Source: Hydrolagus affinis (lineage: Eukaryota). Taken from it: a DNA stretch of 64,000 bases. The number at the start of each line of letters is the position of its first letter. Position 1 is the stretch's first letter. Below the pieces are notes generated by a model. It ran no database searches. It was not told the origin of the DNA and saw nothing but the letters and a program-made list of their open reading frames with translations. Shown piece after piece: positions 14,138 to 26,430 of this stretch. The DNA is taken from assembly GCA_012026655.1 (NCBI GenBank), contig JAAILG010000033.1, positions 124,001 to 188,000 on the forward strand, given 5' to 3'. The position numbers and the translations under genes were made by a program.

Positions 14138-14527
14138 TCCCTACATCCCTACCAGCCTGCCAGCCTGCCCGCACCCTCCGTTCAGCAGACTCAGGCCTGC
14201 TCTGCGTCCACCGCCCTAACCGCCCAACCATCGGCAGCTGGGCTTTCAGCCTCTCTGCTCCCACACTGTGGAACTCCATCCGGCAGCCCCTCCGCTTTGC
14301 TTCCTCCCTTTCCTCCTTCAAGGCCGGTCGAAAGACCTTCCTCTTCGACCACGCCTTCGGCTGCCCCACTAACTCTTCCACCTCTCCCACTCTCCTTCCC
14401 CTACCCCCTACTTCGACCCTCCTCCACCCCCCACCCGCCCCACTCGGGTCCCGACCAGACTGTTCAGCGATTTGGGACATCCTCCCGACGTGAAAGGCGC
14501 TATATAAGTGCAATTTTGTTGTTGTTG
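14138..14527 (+). mobile_element. L2 LINE ORF2 C-terminus, 3' UTR and (GTT)n tail
   Basis: YQPA/RTLRSADSGLL..IGSWAFSLSAPTLWNSIRQPLRFASSLSSFKAGRKTFLFDHAF, frameshifted by an 8-bp duplication (agcctgcc); tail gggacatcctcccgacgtgaaaggcgctatataagtgcaattttgttgttg. Confidence 0.95.
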
Positions 14528-16074
14528 TATGAGAGGTACAGTACTATACAATAGCACTTGTCACAGAGTAAATTCATCACGTTGCACAGCATTGTGAAAT
14601 ATACTCTGCCATCAACCTGGCTAAACAGTGACATTGCTGGCCACTGAAAATAATGAGAAAATTAATTAAAATCAACACATTTGCAACAATGGAGACTCGA
14701 AAGGAACATTTCGAAATCAGTTCATTCCATGCAAAACTCTAAGACGGTTCGACATTATAATTACAATGTATTTTATTACGTGCATTAAGATTAGAGAGTT
14801 TGTCTGCGACTCTCACCATAAAATAACTGTTTGCATTTACCTGATGTCGACAATTGATGAAACCTTGGCACTAATCTAACAGATTTTATTTGAGGCAGAC
14901 TTCAGTTGTTAGATTTTCTGGCTGCTTTACAACATTTCAGAATTAGTTGATATTCCAATATGTGTTAATGAAACTTTAGATGACACAAAAGCAGTTGGCA
15001 AAACATCAACTACACGTTAACAGGCAAGATCACTGATATTTCTTATCTGTCAAAGGAAATTATAATATCAGCTTCATATAAATAAAGAGAGAGTTGGAAT
15101 TGTACTATCATTTTCTTTCCAATTTGCCAGGAACTCAGCGTGGTTCCGGATGGCTTGAGTCACAATTGAAAGATTGATTGAATATTGGATGGAAGAAGTA
15201 CCCAGACATTGTCTTTACCATGGTGATCAAAAGTGCAAAAATAATTTTAATTAACATGATCATTTGGTCAGTGCAATCATGAATAATGGAATCATTTGTT
15301 TACCACAATCAGCAGGTAATACTGTACTGTAATAATAATCCTTATTGTTGTACATGTTGTTTCCCTTGAAGACCTTTGAGACATACTCTTCACAAAGAGA
15401 ACGGATTTTACATTGGGACAACGCTTCAAAATGTTCCAACAAAAAAAAGGGAGGGACAAGCAGTTTCAAGGGATATACTGTAATAGGAGAACCTAGCTGA
15501 CATTAGAGGCTGTAATTTGTAGACGAACATTGTCGCCAATTTGGGTACAGCAACAGCCCACAAACTGTGGTGAAGTGAATTCGCAATACTTCCACCAACC
15601 TAGCACTCTCCCTCGTTGGAGTAGTGTATGAGTTCAAAGTCCTGATTTAAATGTTGAGATCAACTGGGGTGGCAGAATCAAATTGTTGCTGTGCTCGACA
15701 AAGTCAAGAATCACTCAATTATGCTGAAAATCATTTTTTTCCTTTCCTTGTACAGTACAAAGCCTCTGTTTAATGCAATCTATTCTGCACGTGATCTTAT
15801 TTAGCCTAATCATCTTATTCCAAATTAATATCAAAAAGTACAAAGGATTCACAGGAGCATGCCACAAGCAAAAAAAATTTAAAGAGTGAAATATAACTAA
15901 GAATATTTACTGAGATTTTATAATTACATTAATAAAAAGTAAATCTATTTCATTTTGTTGTCTGCTTTAATGAATTACTATTCATAGGGTCTGAACCTCA
16001 TCCTATCTGAAACTTAAATTTTACTATTTGTTCTCATATTCTATCACTTCCATTTTGTCAAATGCTTAACATCT

Positions 16075-16192
16075 TGTTTCACAAATTATAGTCAACCCAC
16101 TATTCAGTATACCCTGTAAGGTGCTTTGAGATGTCTAGACGAAGTGATAAGGCACTACATCAAATGCAAGAATTATTATTATTATTATTATT
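16075..16192 (+). mobile_element. SINE 3' tail
   Basis: gtgctttgagatgtctagacgaagtgataaggcactacatcaaatgcaagaa(tta)n. Confidence 0.85.
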
Positions 16193-16689
16193 ACGTGTCC
16201 TATTATTCCATCCTTTCAATAATAGTTGTTTTAGAATCACTGCTGACTAAGTCAAGTTTCCCTGACTGCCAAAATTACACCCCATCCCCCGCCCCACTCC
16301 TCCACCACATTTCTGGCTCCAACAACACAAAACATTTGTGTACAATGGAAATTTATTCATTTCAATCTGTACCCACCCTCAACACAAGTTCTTTTTTGAA
16401 GGAGTTAATTGAAGGAGGCTCGTAAGCTTTTGTTGAGATTCTGCTCCACTAATCTGTGGAGAGAAAAAAAATCCTTCTCGTCTTCCACCCCATTTGAGGT
16501 TTGTTAAATTAAAATCTCTGTGCTTACATTCGAACCCAAGCCGTCTTACATATCCAATCACCCTTTATTTTTTCAGGGTATAAGGAAAATAAGTTAGTTT
16601 TGCATTGTCTCATTTTCCAGGCTGGTTTGCACCATCCATGGCTCCTCAGCTAAAACCTCAGAGAGGCAACTCTCAAGATCACAACATTA

Positions 16690-16830
16690 GCTTGAAATGA
16701 AGAAAGAGGGCTCATCCTTAAGTATGTGCCTGGGTTTACCTTTTCAGGCCTATTTAAAATATTGTGTACCTCTAAAAGAACACCTCTGAGGCAATTCATT
16801 TCAAGACTGAAACTACATTTGGGTCTTTTG
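16690..16830 (-). mobile_element. CR1 ORF2 C-terminal remnant
   Basis: Minus-strand FSLEMNCLRGVLLEVHNILNRPEKVNP resembles CR1 FSLExRRLRGDLIEVYKILxGxDKV. Confidence 0.7.
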
Positions 16831-17534
16831 GGCTGTACCAACGTTGTCCTGAAAGTAGTGTTTAACAGGTGCCTGAGAGTGCCTTAGGGGAATGTCAAGA
16901 TTGAATCTGCCAACAACTATTGGGAGAATCGCAGACTGCAGACCTCCTTCCACTCTTTGTTGTTAGTAATAAGCAACGTTCACGCAACTGCACCACTGCA
17001 ATGCCTCAAAGTGTCCTCAATTAAAAAGGCACTACTGTGGAAAAATTACTCTACAATCATTTAAAAGATAGATAAATTGAGCGCTAAAAAGAGAGGGGGG
17101 GGGGAAAAAAAATGCGTAATACGAGATATGGCATCTGCCGCACCAAGTCTCCTGGCTGCCAACATAGCAGCACTCAAGTGATGCTTTCAAAGCAGTCTGT
17201 TCCCAGCTTTGCCAGGACCCGAGTTTGCCTGAAAACTTCCCATTGAACGGATAGCACCCCCTTGAAAGTGTAAGTGTCTGATTTGAGTTCCACATGCTCA
17301 CTACACTTCACTTTTGTTATTCTTTAGCGCCGTAAATGCAATGGCTTTTTCTAAGATGCCCGGTTGACTCGTGCAAACTGCAGCCAACAGAATTGGTTTG
17401 TGAGGGTTCAAACCACCACAGCAAAACAATCAAAAGTTGATGGCTACTCAAAGATCCAAACTTGTATTTGTAAAGCCGGAAAATGCTGGAAACTTGGAGC
17501 CTTTTCAGCGTTTGAAAAGGAAGCACTTATTAAC

Positions 17535-17602
17535 CAAAACAACAACAACAACAAAATTACATTTATAAAGCGCCTTTCACGTCGGGAGGATATCCCGAGG
17601 CC
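17535..17602 (-). mobile_element. L2 3' terminal hairpin and (GTT)n tail
   Basis: (caa)n aattacatttataaagcgcctttcacgtcgggaggatatccc. Confidence 0.85.
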
Positions 17603-17965
17603 TTGTGTGTGTTTATATAATGCTCTTCACGTAGGGGAAGTGCTTCAGAGAATTTAGCAGTTGTGCATCTTGACGTTTGAGCATTTGGGGTATGTATTTT
17701 CAGCAGAATAAAAAACTGTTGATATCTGTTTTTTTAAAAAAATTATTCAAAGCTATTTTCACTTTTTTGAATACTTGCCTGCCTTCACTTTTTCTACAAA
17801 TACTGCTCCTTAACAAAGAACCTACAAAGGGGAAAAAAATACAAAACAAACCATGGATTAAAATAACAATAATCTTTGCATTTGATATCGCATCAGATTA
17901 TATCTAGACATGTCACAGAACCTCACAAGTACTTTACCATTGGTGGTCAGAATTTCAGCATATAT

Positions 17966-18280
17966 GGAGTCCTGTGGAGTAGTGACAGGAGCACTCGTCT
18001 CACAAGTAAAAGGAACTGGGTTCGATTCCCAGCAGGGCAAAACCTTAGATAAGTTTTCTTACTCCACGCCTCTGTTTACCTTGAAGTAAGAACTAGGTTG
18101 ACAGTCAATTTGCGGATCACTCTTCCGTGGGTAATAATTCCTTAAAAATAATAATAATTTGCACTCTTAATCCACGGCTGTTTGTGGGACACTACTGTGT
18201 GCAATTGGTTGCCGTGTGTCACCCACAAAATAGAGTCAATTAACTTCACAGTGTATTCTGTGAAGCACTTTGAGATGGAT
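17966..18280 (+). mobile_element. tRNA-SINE, long form, near full length
   Basis: ggagtcctgt head, box B ggttcgattcc, CORE-like gcctctgtttacc, Deu-type body; a reverse SINE tail lies just upstream at 17860-17935. Confidence 0.9.
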
Positions 18281-19799
18281 TGTTGTCCACCATTGGATTA
18301 TTAGTTTAAACCAGAGATGATTAGCGTATAATAATCCCTATTGTACTGCAATCTATTTTTATTGTGTCAATGAGAAAGATTTTTGAAAAATGGCTCGGAA
18401 GGGAAAAATAGTAGTAAAATCACCTTGTTGTTTCAATCCAAGTTTCGGAACCTTTTCTATGATCCCTGCCTTGGTTCTGCACCGATACAGTTCCCAGTCG
18501 TTCCCTGCTCCTCGTCAATGCTTTCTTCCATTCGGATTGTTACCTGTCAAGACTGCTGCCTTGAAATTTCAAGGATTTATGATCATAGTTCCATTTGAGG
18601 ATCTGGAACAGGTGGTAAACTTTCCATGGTAATCTCTCTTCATGGTCTCTTTAGGAGCAATTTGTGTTCTGAGTTTGATGCATCAGACTTAAAAACCTGT
18701 TTCACTTTGTGACTGAGAACTTCATAATGCATAAAAGCCAGAATTTTTTTCAAAAAAAGAGAATGGTACAAACTTTGCTTTAAGAAATAAGTCTCCCCCA
18801 GGGACCTTACTCTAAAATGATAACTCAATGCAACATAAATTACAGCATCTTAAACAAGCAAGAAGGAATTTTGCAGCCCTTAACCGCCAGCTATCAATCT
18901 GTCAGTGAGGTTCAAGCATTTTAGATACAGGGCAATATAATAACACTACAAAAGATAGGAGCAGATGGTGTCAGATGTCTTGTTAGATATATTGCAGATG
19001 GAGTAGGCTGCAGAAAGCAAAATTTGATAGGAATAAAAGGAGCCATGTCTGAGCATTTGCATATGTGAAAGTTAACAAGGTTTCAGCAACATTGATACAG
19101 TGGTGCAGTGGGTGACAAAGACACCCACCGGATGGCTCCTGCATTGATCAGTCTCTTACTTCAGCCACTCATACTTTTATAGGGAGGCTAGATGCTCTCC
19201 AAAACAAAAACAATAAAAAAAAGAGAATTATATAAAGGCAATGTCCACCCAATGTGTCAATCCGAAGCCAGAAATTCCTCAAAGCCCTACCCATTATCTT
19301 AAATTTTAGGATTATGTTAGGATTGTATTAGAATTTTCAAAAATGTCATCTTAATTTAGATGTTCTTTTCCCACAGTTCCAGGAAAAACTTCCCCAAATT
19401 CCTAACAAAAAAGCTTATATTTTCATGGAATGGCCCGAAGCCAAAGAGCATCAGAATTTTCAAGCCTCTGAGAACTTTAAATTACACTGGAGGTGAAATG
19501 ACACTATTCATACTCTGCACTTGGTTGGCAAAGAGATGTGGAGAGGGGAGAAGAGGCAGAAGAAAAGAAAGAACAGAGAACATAAATCTCTCCTAATAAA
19601 AGAAATTCAGCCAACACAACATCTGTATCACAAACATCACACAGCAGCTGAAAATACATACAATGTATTTTCAGACAACTACAAGCTCCATATTGACTGA
19701 TGTCCAGAAAATCATCCCCTTTTCCACTGTCCCCACTGAGAGCAATGCACTCAGTTTGTTAACCCATCACGTGGAACGCGCATGCACTTTAAAATTTTA

Positions 19800-20405
19800 C
19801 ACTCTCGCCTGAGTCAGCCAACTATGGGTTCAAACCCCATGCCAGGACTGTGAACTGACTGTCTAGGCTGGCAGTACAGTGCTGTGAGTGTTCTGCATTG
19901 TTGGAGGTGCCATCATTTGGATGAGACATAAAGCCACGGACCCACCTATAACATATAATAATAATCATTGCATTTGATAGAGCGCATTATCACATATTCA
20001 AGACATCTCAAAGTGCTTCACAGAATATAAGCCACAATTAATTGACTGTTTATTTTGTGGGTGAAAACAGGATAGCCGATTCTGCACAGCCGTGTTCCAC
20101 AAACAAGCGTGGATTGAGTGACCAAATTATTATTATTTATTTGTTCCTGTGCAAGTAGACATTTGGATCCTTTGCCATAATTTGAAACAGAATGCAATTT
20201 CTTCTGGTGTTCTGGCCAACAATCAATCCCCCAGATAAAATTGGTCAGTCACTTCACTGTTGCTTGTGTGGACATTGTTGTGTGCAAATTGGCTGCTGTG
20301 TTTGCCAACAAATTATACAGTCACTTTATAGTACATCCTGTGAAGCACTTTGAGAAGTGCTCCTGGCATGAAAAGCAATATATGAAATGCAAGGATTATT
20401 ATTAT
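19800..20405 (+). mobile_element. Deu-domain SINE (SacSINE1/AmnSINE1-like) interrupted by an inverted SINE at ~19955-20135
   Basis: ctgcattgttggaggtgccatcatttggatgagacataaa and ggtgttctggccaac are Deu-domain motifs; the nested reverse copy has tail aataatcattgcatttgata. Confidence 0.8.
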
Positions 20406-22654
20406 GATAGCTTTGGCTCAATGTCAGGTCTCTTGGAATATGCGCTCATTCTGGCAACTAAAATTGTCTCAGACATAAAGAGTTATGTGCTGAAGCGATG
20501 CCCAAAATCTATTAATTTGCTCTAAAATTCAAGTTATATATCAAAAGTCTACAAATTGTACAATTGTACTTGGAAAAGAGACCGACCGGATAGTGCTACA
20601 ATCAGGAACTTCCACCAGAGGAGAATTTTATGCACAGATCCTGTTTCATCAGTCGGAGGAATTTGCATCCGAAATGCACTTTCCTGCCGCAAGCCAACCA
20701 TTTATTTGTCAAATGTAAGAAGAAATTAAAGAATTAACTGTATCCCTGTTATTAAAATGCAATAAGATCATAAGGTATTGCTCAGCCTGTTAATAGTTAA
20801 CTAATAGTTTCATCATAATTGTATTAAGGCAGGAGAGTATAAAAGTGATTCCATCCCTGGTATATCAGTTTCCGATGAAACTATAATCCTGTAAGTACCA
20901 GATGTCCTCTGCTTCTAATAGCAAACTAGCATAGTTTCCTTTAAGTAACGACCACAGAAATGTTATAAGCAGACACTAATAATATGATCGCTGTTCTGCT
21001 AATAATATAAGGATGACTACAAAATAGCAAAAATGGATTGTGAGATCCAGTAAATTGAATGCAATTGGGAAGAGAGTTTTGGTCCAATGCTCTGGGTAAT
21101 TTGAGCACATATCCTTGGAGTGGTACAATGCAAACCCACGCCTGTGATTCTTCATAAGGTACATCTGCAACGTGGGACAGATATCTTGGTGGGGAGGGAA
21201 TGAGGCATGTGAAACTGGCAGAGTGGGTTAACCCAAAGACAATTTCGCGGAAGCTAATTCAAGAGAAGCGTTGACAGAGCCTGTTTGCAAGTGGCCTGTC
21301 CATCCTTCTCAGTCAAGCAATAGTGCTAAGAGTGCAATAAGAAAGAAAACATAAAAATGTATTAAATGTATTATGCTCCTGCATTGGCTTGCTGTTACAT
21401 TACCACTCAAAGTCGTTCTGATTACTGGCTAAAAAATGTCTTGCGTCGGCTAGGTGTCTGACATATGCGGAAATCCATCACCAGTCTTTAGAGTATCCAA
21501 ACTAAACTGAGAATTCCATGCATCACATCTACAAATGGAAATTCCAGGGATAGATTGGTGGAATGGAATACACACTCTCTCCCTGGAGGGACGCATCCTG
21601 TTTAACCAATTCCATAAAGTTCAGATGCAATTTGACAAGAGCCAAGGCTTGGGTAACCCCAGAGTGTGCGTTGGGTTACTGCTGGAGTCTAACCAGCTAA
21701 AACCACAAAGTCTGCCATTGACATCAATGTCCAGCAAGCTTTTGTGTTGCTTGTCCAACTAGGATTGCCCCACATGTCAGCTTTGGCTTACAGAGTCAAC
21801 AGGAACTGAGAGGGATGACTCCCTACCCCCAGTGACTGGTCTGCTCTTCCATGTCTTGCCGATGAGCCAGGCTGGGCTGTCATCAGCTGTACCCTGACTA
21901 AAATCTGCAGGAGACGTGCATCATGTTTGAATAGTTTGAACTCGTATTGTTGTTTGTGTGTTGGGAGTCTTTGACGTGAAGCTGGAATATTCTGACCAAT
22001 TGTCTTATTGATTGTATTATGCTTTTTTTTTAAACAGTGCGTAAGATTATCAAAAGTTGCTATTGTAGCTGATAACTTTGATACTGTACCAACCCGTGAT
22101 TTATCTCATATGTGATTAGAGATGTTGTGGTTGACTTGCCTTGTGGACAATGCTACATGATGGCTAAATGCTATACTTGATAGAAATCCTCAAAAATGAG
22201 GATAACACCTCCTTTTAAGCTTTATAAGAAAGTGGAACATTACCTATTAATAACAGTAACTTCAAGATAATTAAAAAAAACTTTTCTCTGCTTTTTTGTT
22301 TGTAAAGAACAAACATCTGAAAAGGTCAATTTAATTGATAAGAAATGAAGTGAATGTTGTTATACAGGGAAACATGTCAAAAGGCTAAGTTATGTCAAGG
22401 ACATCCCATGAACAATAAAATGGGTAGCCAGTTAAAAACTTAGATGAAGAGGGTAATATGAAACCAATTTACTGCGTGAAAATACGCCACACTCTTTGAA
22501 ATAATGAAAGAAAGAAGAATCTTGGTATTAGTTATGATATATACTTTAAATCTTGCCCTATTTTATTGGGGATGGAGTTCCCATTATGTTCCAGGGGAAT
22601 AAAAGTGACGTGAACAACTCTTCTTATAGGTTTTGCACTCTGATCTGTGATATA

Positions 22655-22964
22655 GTTATAACTAGGGGTCACAGTCTTAAGATTAGGGGTCAGCCTTTTC
22701 ACACAGAGTTGAGGAAACACTTCTTCACTTGGAGGGTAGTGAATTTATGAAATTCTGTACCCCAAAAGGCTGTAGATATTCAGTCCTTGAACATATTCAA
22801 GACTGAGATTGATAGATTTCTTATGGATAAATGGATTAAAGGATATGGGGAGAAGGCAGGCTGGTGGAGTTAGATTAGAAGATCAGCCATGATCTTATTG
22901 AATGGCTGGGCAGGCTCGAGGGGCCGAATGGCCTACTCCTGCTCCTTATTCTTATGTTCTTATG
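22655..22964 (+). mobile_element. CR1 LINE 3' end, well preserved
   Basis: TRGHSLKIRGQPFHTELRKHFFTWRVVNL*NSVPQKAV..FKTEIDRFL; 3' UTR gggccgaatggcctactcctgctcc followed by (ttcttatg)2. Confidence 0.95.
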
Positions 22965-22997
22965 ATAGCTTAATTGAACAAGAGACCTTCCCCAAAG

Positions 22998-23106
22998 TCT
23001 GAAACACAAGCAGAAATCGCTGGGAACACTCAGCAGGTTAGGCAGCATCTATGGAGAAAGGAAAGTGAGTCAAAGTTTCGGGTCCATGACGCTTCGTCAG
23101 AACTGA
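22998..23106 (-). mobile_element. Penelope-type terminus with hammerhead-like core
   Basis: gctgggaacactcagcaggttaggcagcatctatggag motif; minus strand CTGACGA-A-GCGTCATGGACCC-GAAAC at 23100-23075. Confidence 0.65.
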
Positions 23107-23689
23107 CAGAACAGTACAGTATATCCTGTTAAACGCTTTGAGACGGCTCAATGACATGGTAAGGCACTATATCTAATGCAAGCATTATAATTTTTTTTAA
23201 ATCAATTTTGAGATCAGTTACTGAAAAATATACTTTAATTGAGGGCTCATTTCCTGAATCCAATTAAACCTGCCTACACCATTATTGAGTTCCAAGCCTT
23301 AGCTATGCTGAACATATATCTCTCTGGCAAAGATCACACTCCTCATCTGAGAATTATTTGGAAACAAGAATTTGCCAAAGTCAATCCTACCAGTTGTTGC
23401 ATTTCTCCCCAGGAAGCAAGGAATACGCCATTTTATTTTTAAATTGAATTTAATAAATTATACAGTATTTACCTGGCCTCAATTCAAAAGAAATAATTTG
23501 CATTTTAATACAGTATATTAATAACTATTTGCCACCAGTTGTTGAATGTCAAAGATGAGCACTTTCAGAATGCATCACTACATATAAAACCATGCTTGAC
23601 TGTGAGTTATTGTGCAGTATTTATGTAAAGGTTTGATGTAAAGGTCTAAATTGCAATCTTTCTTGATAAGGAATCTGAGTCACTTAAAT

Positions 23690-23900
23690 GACTCAACTAG
23701 TTTTCCTCCCCCACATCCAAGCCATGATCCGCTCTCCCTTTCTTCATCTCTGCAAAATTGCCCGACTCTGCCACTACCTCACCACTCAGGGCACTGAAAC
23801 CCTCATTCACACCTTCATCACATCCCGGCTCGACTATGCCAATGCCCTGCTTATTGGCCTTCACAATTCCTCCCTCCAAAGGCTGCAGATAATCCAGAAT
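23690..23900 (+). mobile_element. L2 LINE ORF2 fragment
   Basis: FLPHIQAMIRSPFLHLCKIARL..TETLIHTFITSRLDYANALLIGL..LQRLQIIQN is the typical L2 post-RT region. Confidence 0.95.
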
Positions 23901-24065
23901 TTAGGATACATACACTGGGCTGACCCAAGGGCTGCTCTGCTTGGATACAATCAGCATCCAGAGTTGTCGCAGGTCAGTGGGAATCCTAATGTATCCTTAC
24001 AAAGGAATCTCATTGAGGAAAATTATAACTTAGACCTCCGCACAGTAAAGATAATACTCATTGTC

Positions 24066-24460
24066 ATAATAATAATTCTTGCATTTAATATAGAGCCTTT
24101 CACATCAGAAGGACGAATCAAAGCACTTCACTGGATGTACTGTAAAGTGTAGTGACTAAGTATTTTAGAAGCAAGCACTACAGCCAATTTGCACATACCA
24201 GTGTCCCCCAATCAGCTATACAACAACAACAACTTTGATTTATATAGTGTCCTCTACACGGGGTGGCGTCTCAGAGCACTTCAAACAGCTATGAAGTGAA
24301 TGAGCAATTTTATTTGATGGATTGGAAGTCAGGACACCAGCGAAAACTTTTTTCTCTTTCAAATGGTGCCATGGGATCTCAAACGTCCACCTTGAACAGA
24401 GGATTTAAATTTCTCAGTTTGTCATTCACAAAGAAATGGTTTACATGAGGTGACAGCACA
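24066..24460 (-). mobile_element. Deu-domain SINE hosting a mini-element
   Basis: Reverse tail aataattcttgcattt and aaatggtgccatgggatctcaaacgtccac Deu motif. Confidence 0.8.
24220..24281 (-). mobile_element. ~60-bp hairpin mini-retroposon
   Basis: AAGTGCTCTGAGACGCC..TATATAAATCAAAG(TTG)n, flanked by caatcagctat/caaacagctat (24209-24219, 24282-24292). Confidence 0.85.
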
Positions 24461-25084
24461 GCAATAGCTGTGGAAATAGCTCAATGTAGATCTGAGATGA
24501 GGATTAGTTTGAAGTATGTTTACAATTCTTATGAATAGAAGTACATTTCATTTATTGAGCAATTGCAACAAAAAGATTCATACATCCGAATGACAACATC
24601 AGGTATATTTCCCTAATCCATTGTGGTACCAGCAGCTCATTCTTCCTTCCCATTGTTATAACTCACTGTGCTTCGAGTTTAGGAGTACAAGAAACATATT
24701 TTTGTACAGTCAGATATGTTGGAACAGTTAAAATGTGATGATGTAAAAAAAATTAGCTCCTGTAATTCCTGGATCATATATGTTAGATGAAATTACATAA
24801 AGTGAGGTTAGAGTAAATCCTTACACACAAAAGGGTACATTTAGTCGTAGGCTTTCACAGCTGTGTGACCTGACAAAGGAAAGGAACCCAGTCCAGAAAC
24901 AGCAATATCAAATTTGCGAACGAGAAAGAAAGAGAAATGCTACGCACTTCTTACCATCCCAAATCTACAGTTTTGTTTCACAATACTGGTTATGTTTTTT
25001 TTTCCAAAAAATCAGCTGTTCTTGGTTTTCAACTACAACGCAGGATCTCTTGGTATAATGTAATTGGATTAAGTTAATTCAAAA

Positions 25085-25381
25085 TCTATGCATTTGATGT
25101 ACAGCGCCTTATCACTTTGTTGAGGCACCTCAAAGCGCTTCACAGAATATCCTGTAAAGTGAATTGTCTGCATATTTGTGGGAGAAACGCCGCAGCCAAT
25201 TGCGCACAGCAGCGTCCCACAATCAGTCGTGGATTGAAATGACCGATTTATTATTTTGGTAGGGGATTATTGTTAGGAGTGTGGAGTAAGGAAACTTGCC
25301 CAAGGTTTCGCCCAGCCTGGAATTGAACCCAGGTCTCTCACTTGTAAGGCGAGTGCTCTAACCACTGAGCTGGAGGACTCC
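25085..25381 (-). mobile_element. tRNA-SINE, short form, full length
   Basis: Minus strand GGAGTCCTCCAGCTCAGTGGTTAGAGCACTCGCCTTACAAGTGAGAGACCTGGGTTCAATTCC (A and B boxes) through TCAAATGCA; abuts an older Deu-SINE remnant at 25382-25550. Confidence 0.95.
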
Positions 25382-26109
25382 ACAATCTTTAACATCTACT
25401 TGAATCATCAAAACAGACATATGGACCTCGGAATAACATTTTGTCTGAAGAATGGCACCTCTAATAATGCAACAATCACAAACACTGCAAAGGAGTGTCT
25501 GCTTTGACTAAGAACTCAAGCCCTGGTTTGGGGGTCAAATACATATTATCTGAAAAATTTACAGCTAAGGTACTCCGTAATACCCAATTAAGACTGTATG
25601 TTTGATTGTTTTCTTATTTTTGGAACGTTTAGTGAAATGAATGCACTGTTCAATTTATTTTTTAAACATTCAGAAATTTGGCTTCCGGTTTGTACCCTCT
25701 GATTGCTACATGTGATATTTAATTACCAGCTGTAAATCAAGTGCTTCATGATTCCCTTTCGAGTTCCAAGATTAAATAAATGTTTGGAAATCACAACGTG
25801 TGTTATTTTGTAATATGTGCTGGGCATTTTTCACTACTTATTTTGGTCGAAGGAACCGTGTGAGAATGCAGTGAGATGAGGAAGTCTCCATAGCTGTTTT
25901 TTAAAATCGTATTAGTGAATTAACAGTGATAATGAGAGGTTTGGCTTCGATTTCCTGACCACAAGATTCCTTTAGAAGCTTTGTAATTTCTCAATGACAG
26001 GGTAAGTTGGTGTCTGTCAGTTCCATGTATTCTGCACTTCATCTCTTTTCAGCTGTTTGAATTTCCTTTTCCCTACTTATTTTAATTGTTTTGTTTACTA
26101 CAGGTTTAA

Positions 26110-26430
26110 AGGGAAATCCTGCATTAGATACAATGTCTTATCGCGTGTTGAGAAAGGACTTTACAGGGTACATCTTAAAGTGGTTGACTGTATATTTTAT
26201 AAGAAAACACAACAGTCAATTTGCACACACCAGTGTCCCAGCTGTGAAGTGCGTGATTAATTTTATTTGAGGGATTGATTATCGGGATACCAGGAAAAAC
26301 TTCTCTTTTTAGTTAGTGCCCTGGGATCTTTAATATACACCTGAACAAGCAGATAGGATATCAGAGTAATGTCTTATCCTTAGGGCAGTACCTCCGACCA
26401 TTCAATGCTCCCCTTGCTGCATTGGGTTAC
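26110..26430 (-). mobile_element. Deu-domain SINE
   Basis: tagtgccctgggatctttaatatacacctg..cagtacctccgac motifs plus reverse tail. Confidence 0.75.

Noticed and set aside
14097-14554. Long ORFs of 138 and 148 aa
   Set aside because: Antisense and off-frame readings of the GC-rich L2 3' end.
17164-17185. TAGCAGCAC, the miR-15/16 5' seed
   Set aside because: Downstream bases do not match the mature miRNAs and no precursor hairpin is evident.
23688-24152. 154-aa ORF
   Set aside because: An L2 fragment reading through into unrelated sequence and a SINE tail; not a gene.
25315-25381. tRNA-like cloverleaf with A/B boxes (also 39078, 32000-32067, 57005)
   Set aside because: These are SINE heads continuous with SINE bodies, not tRNA genes.
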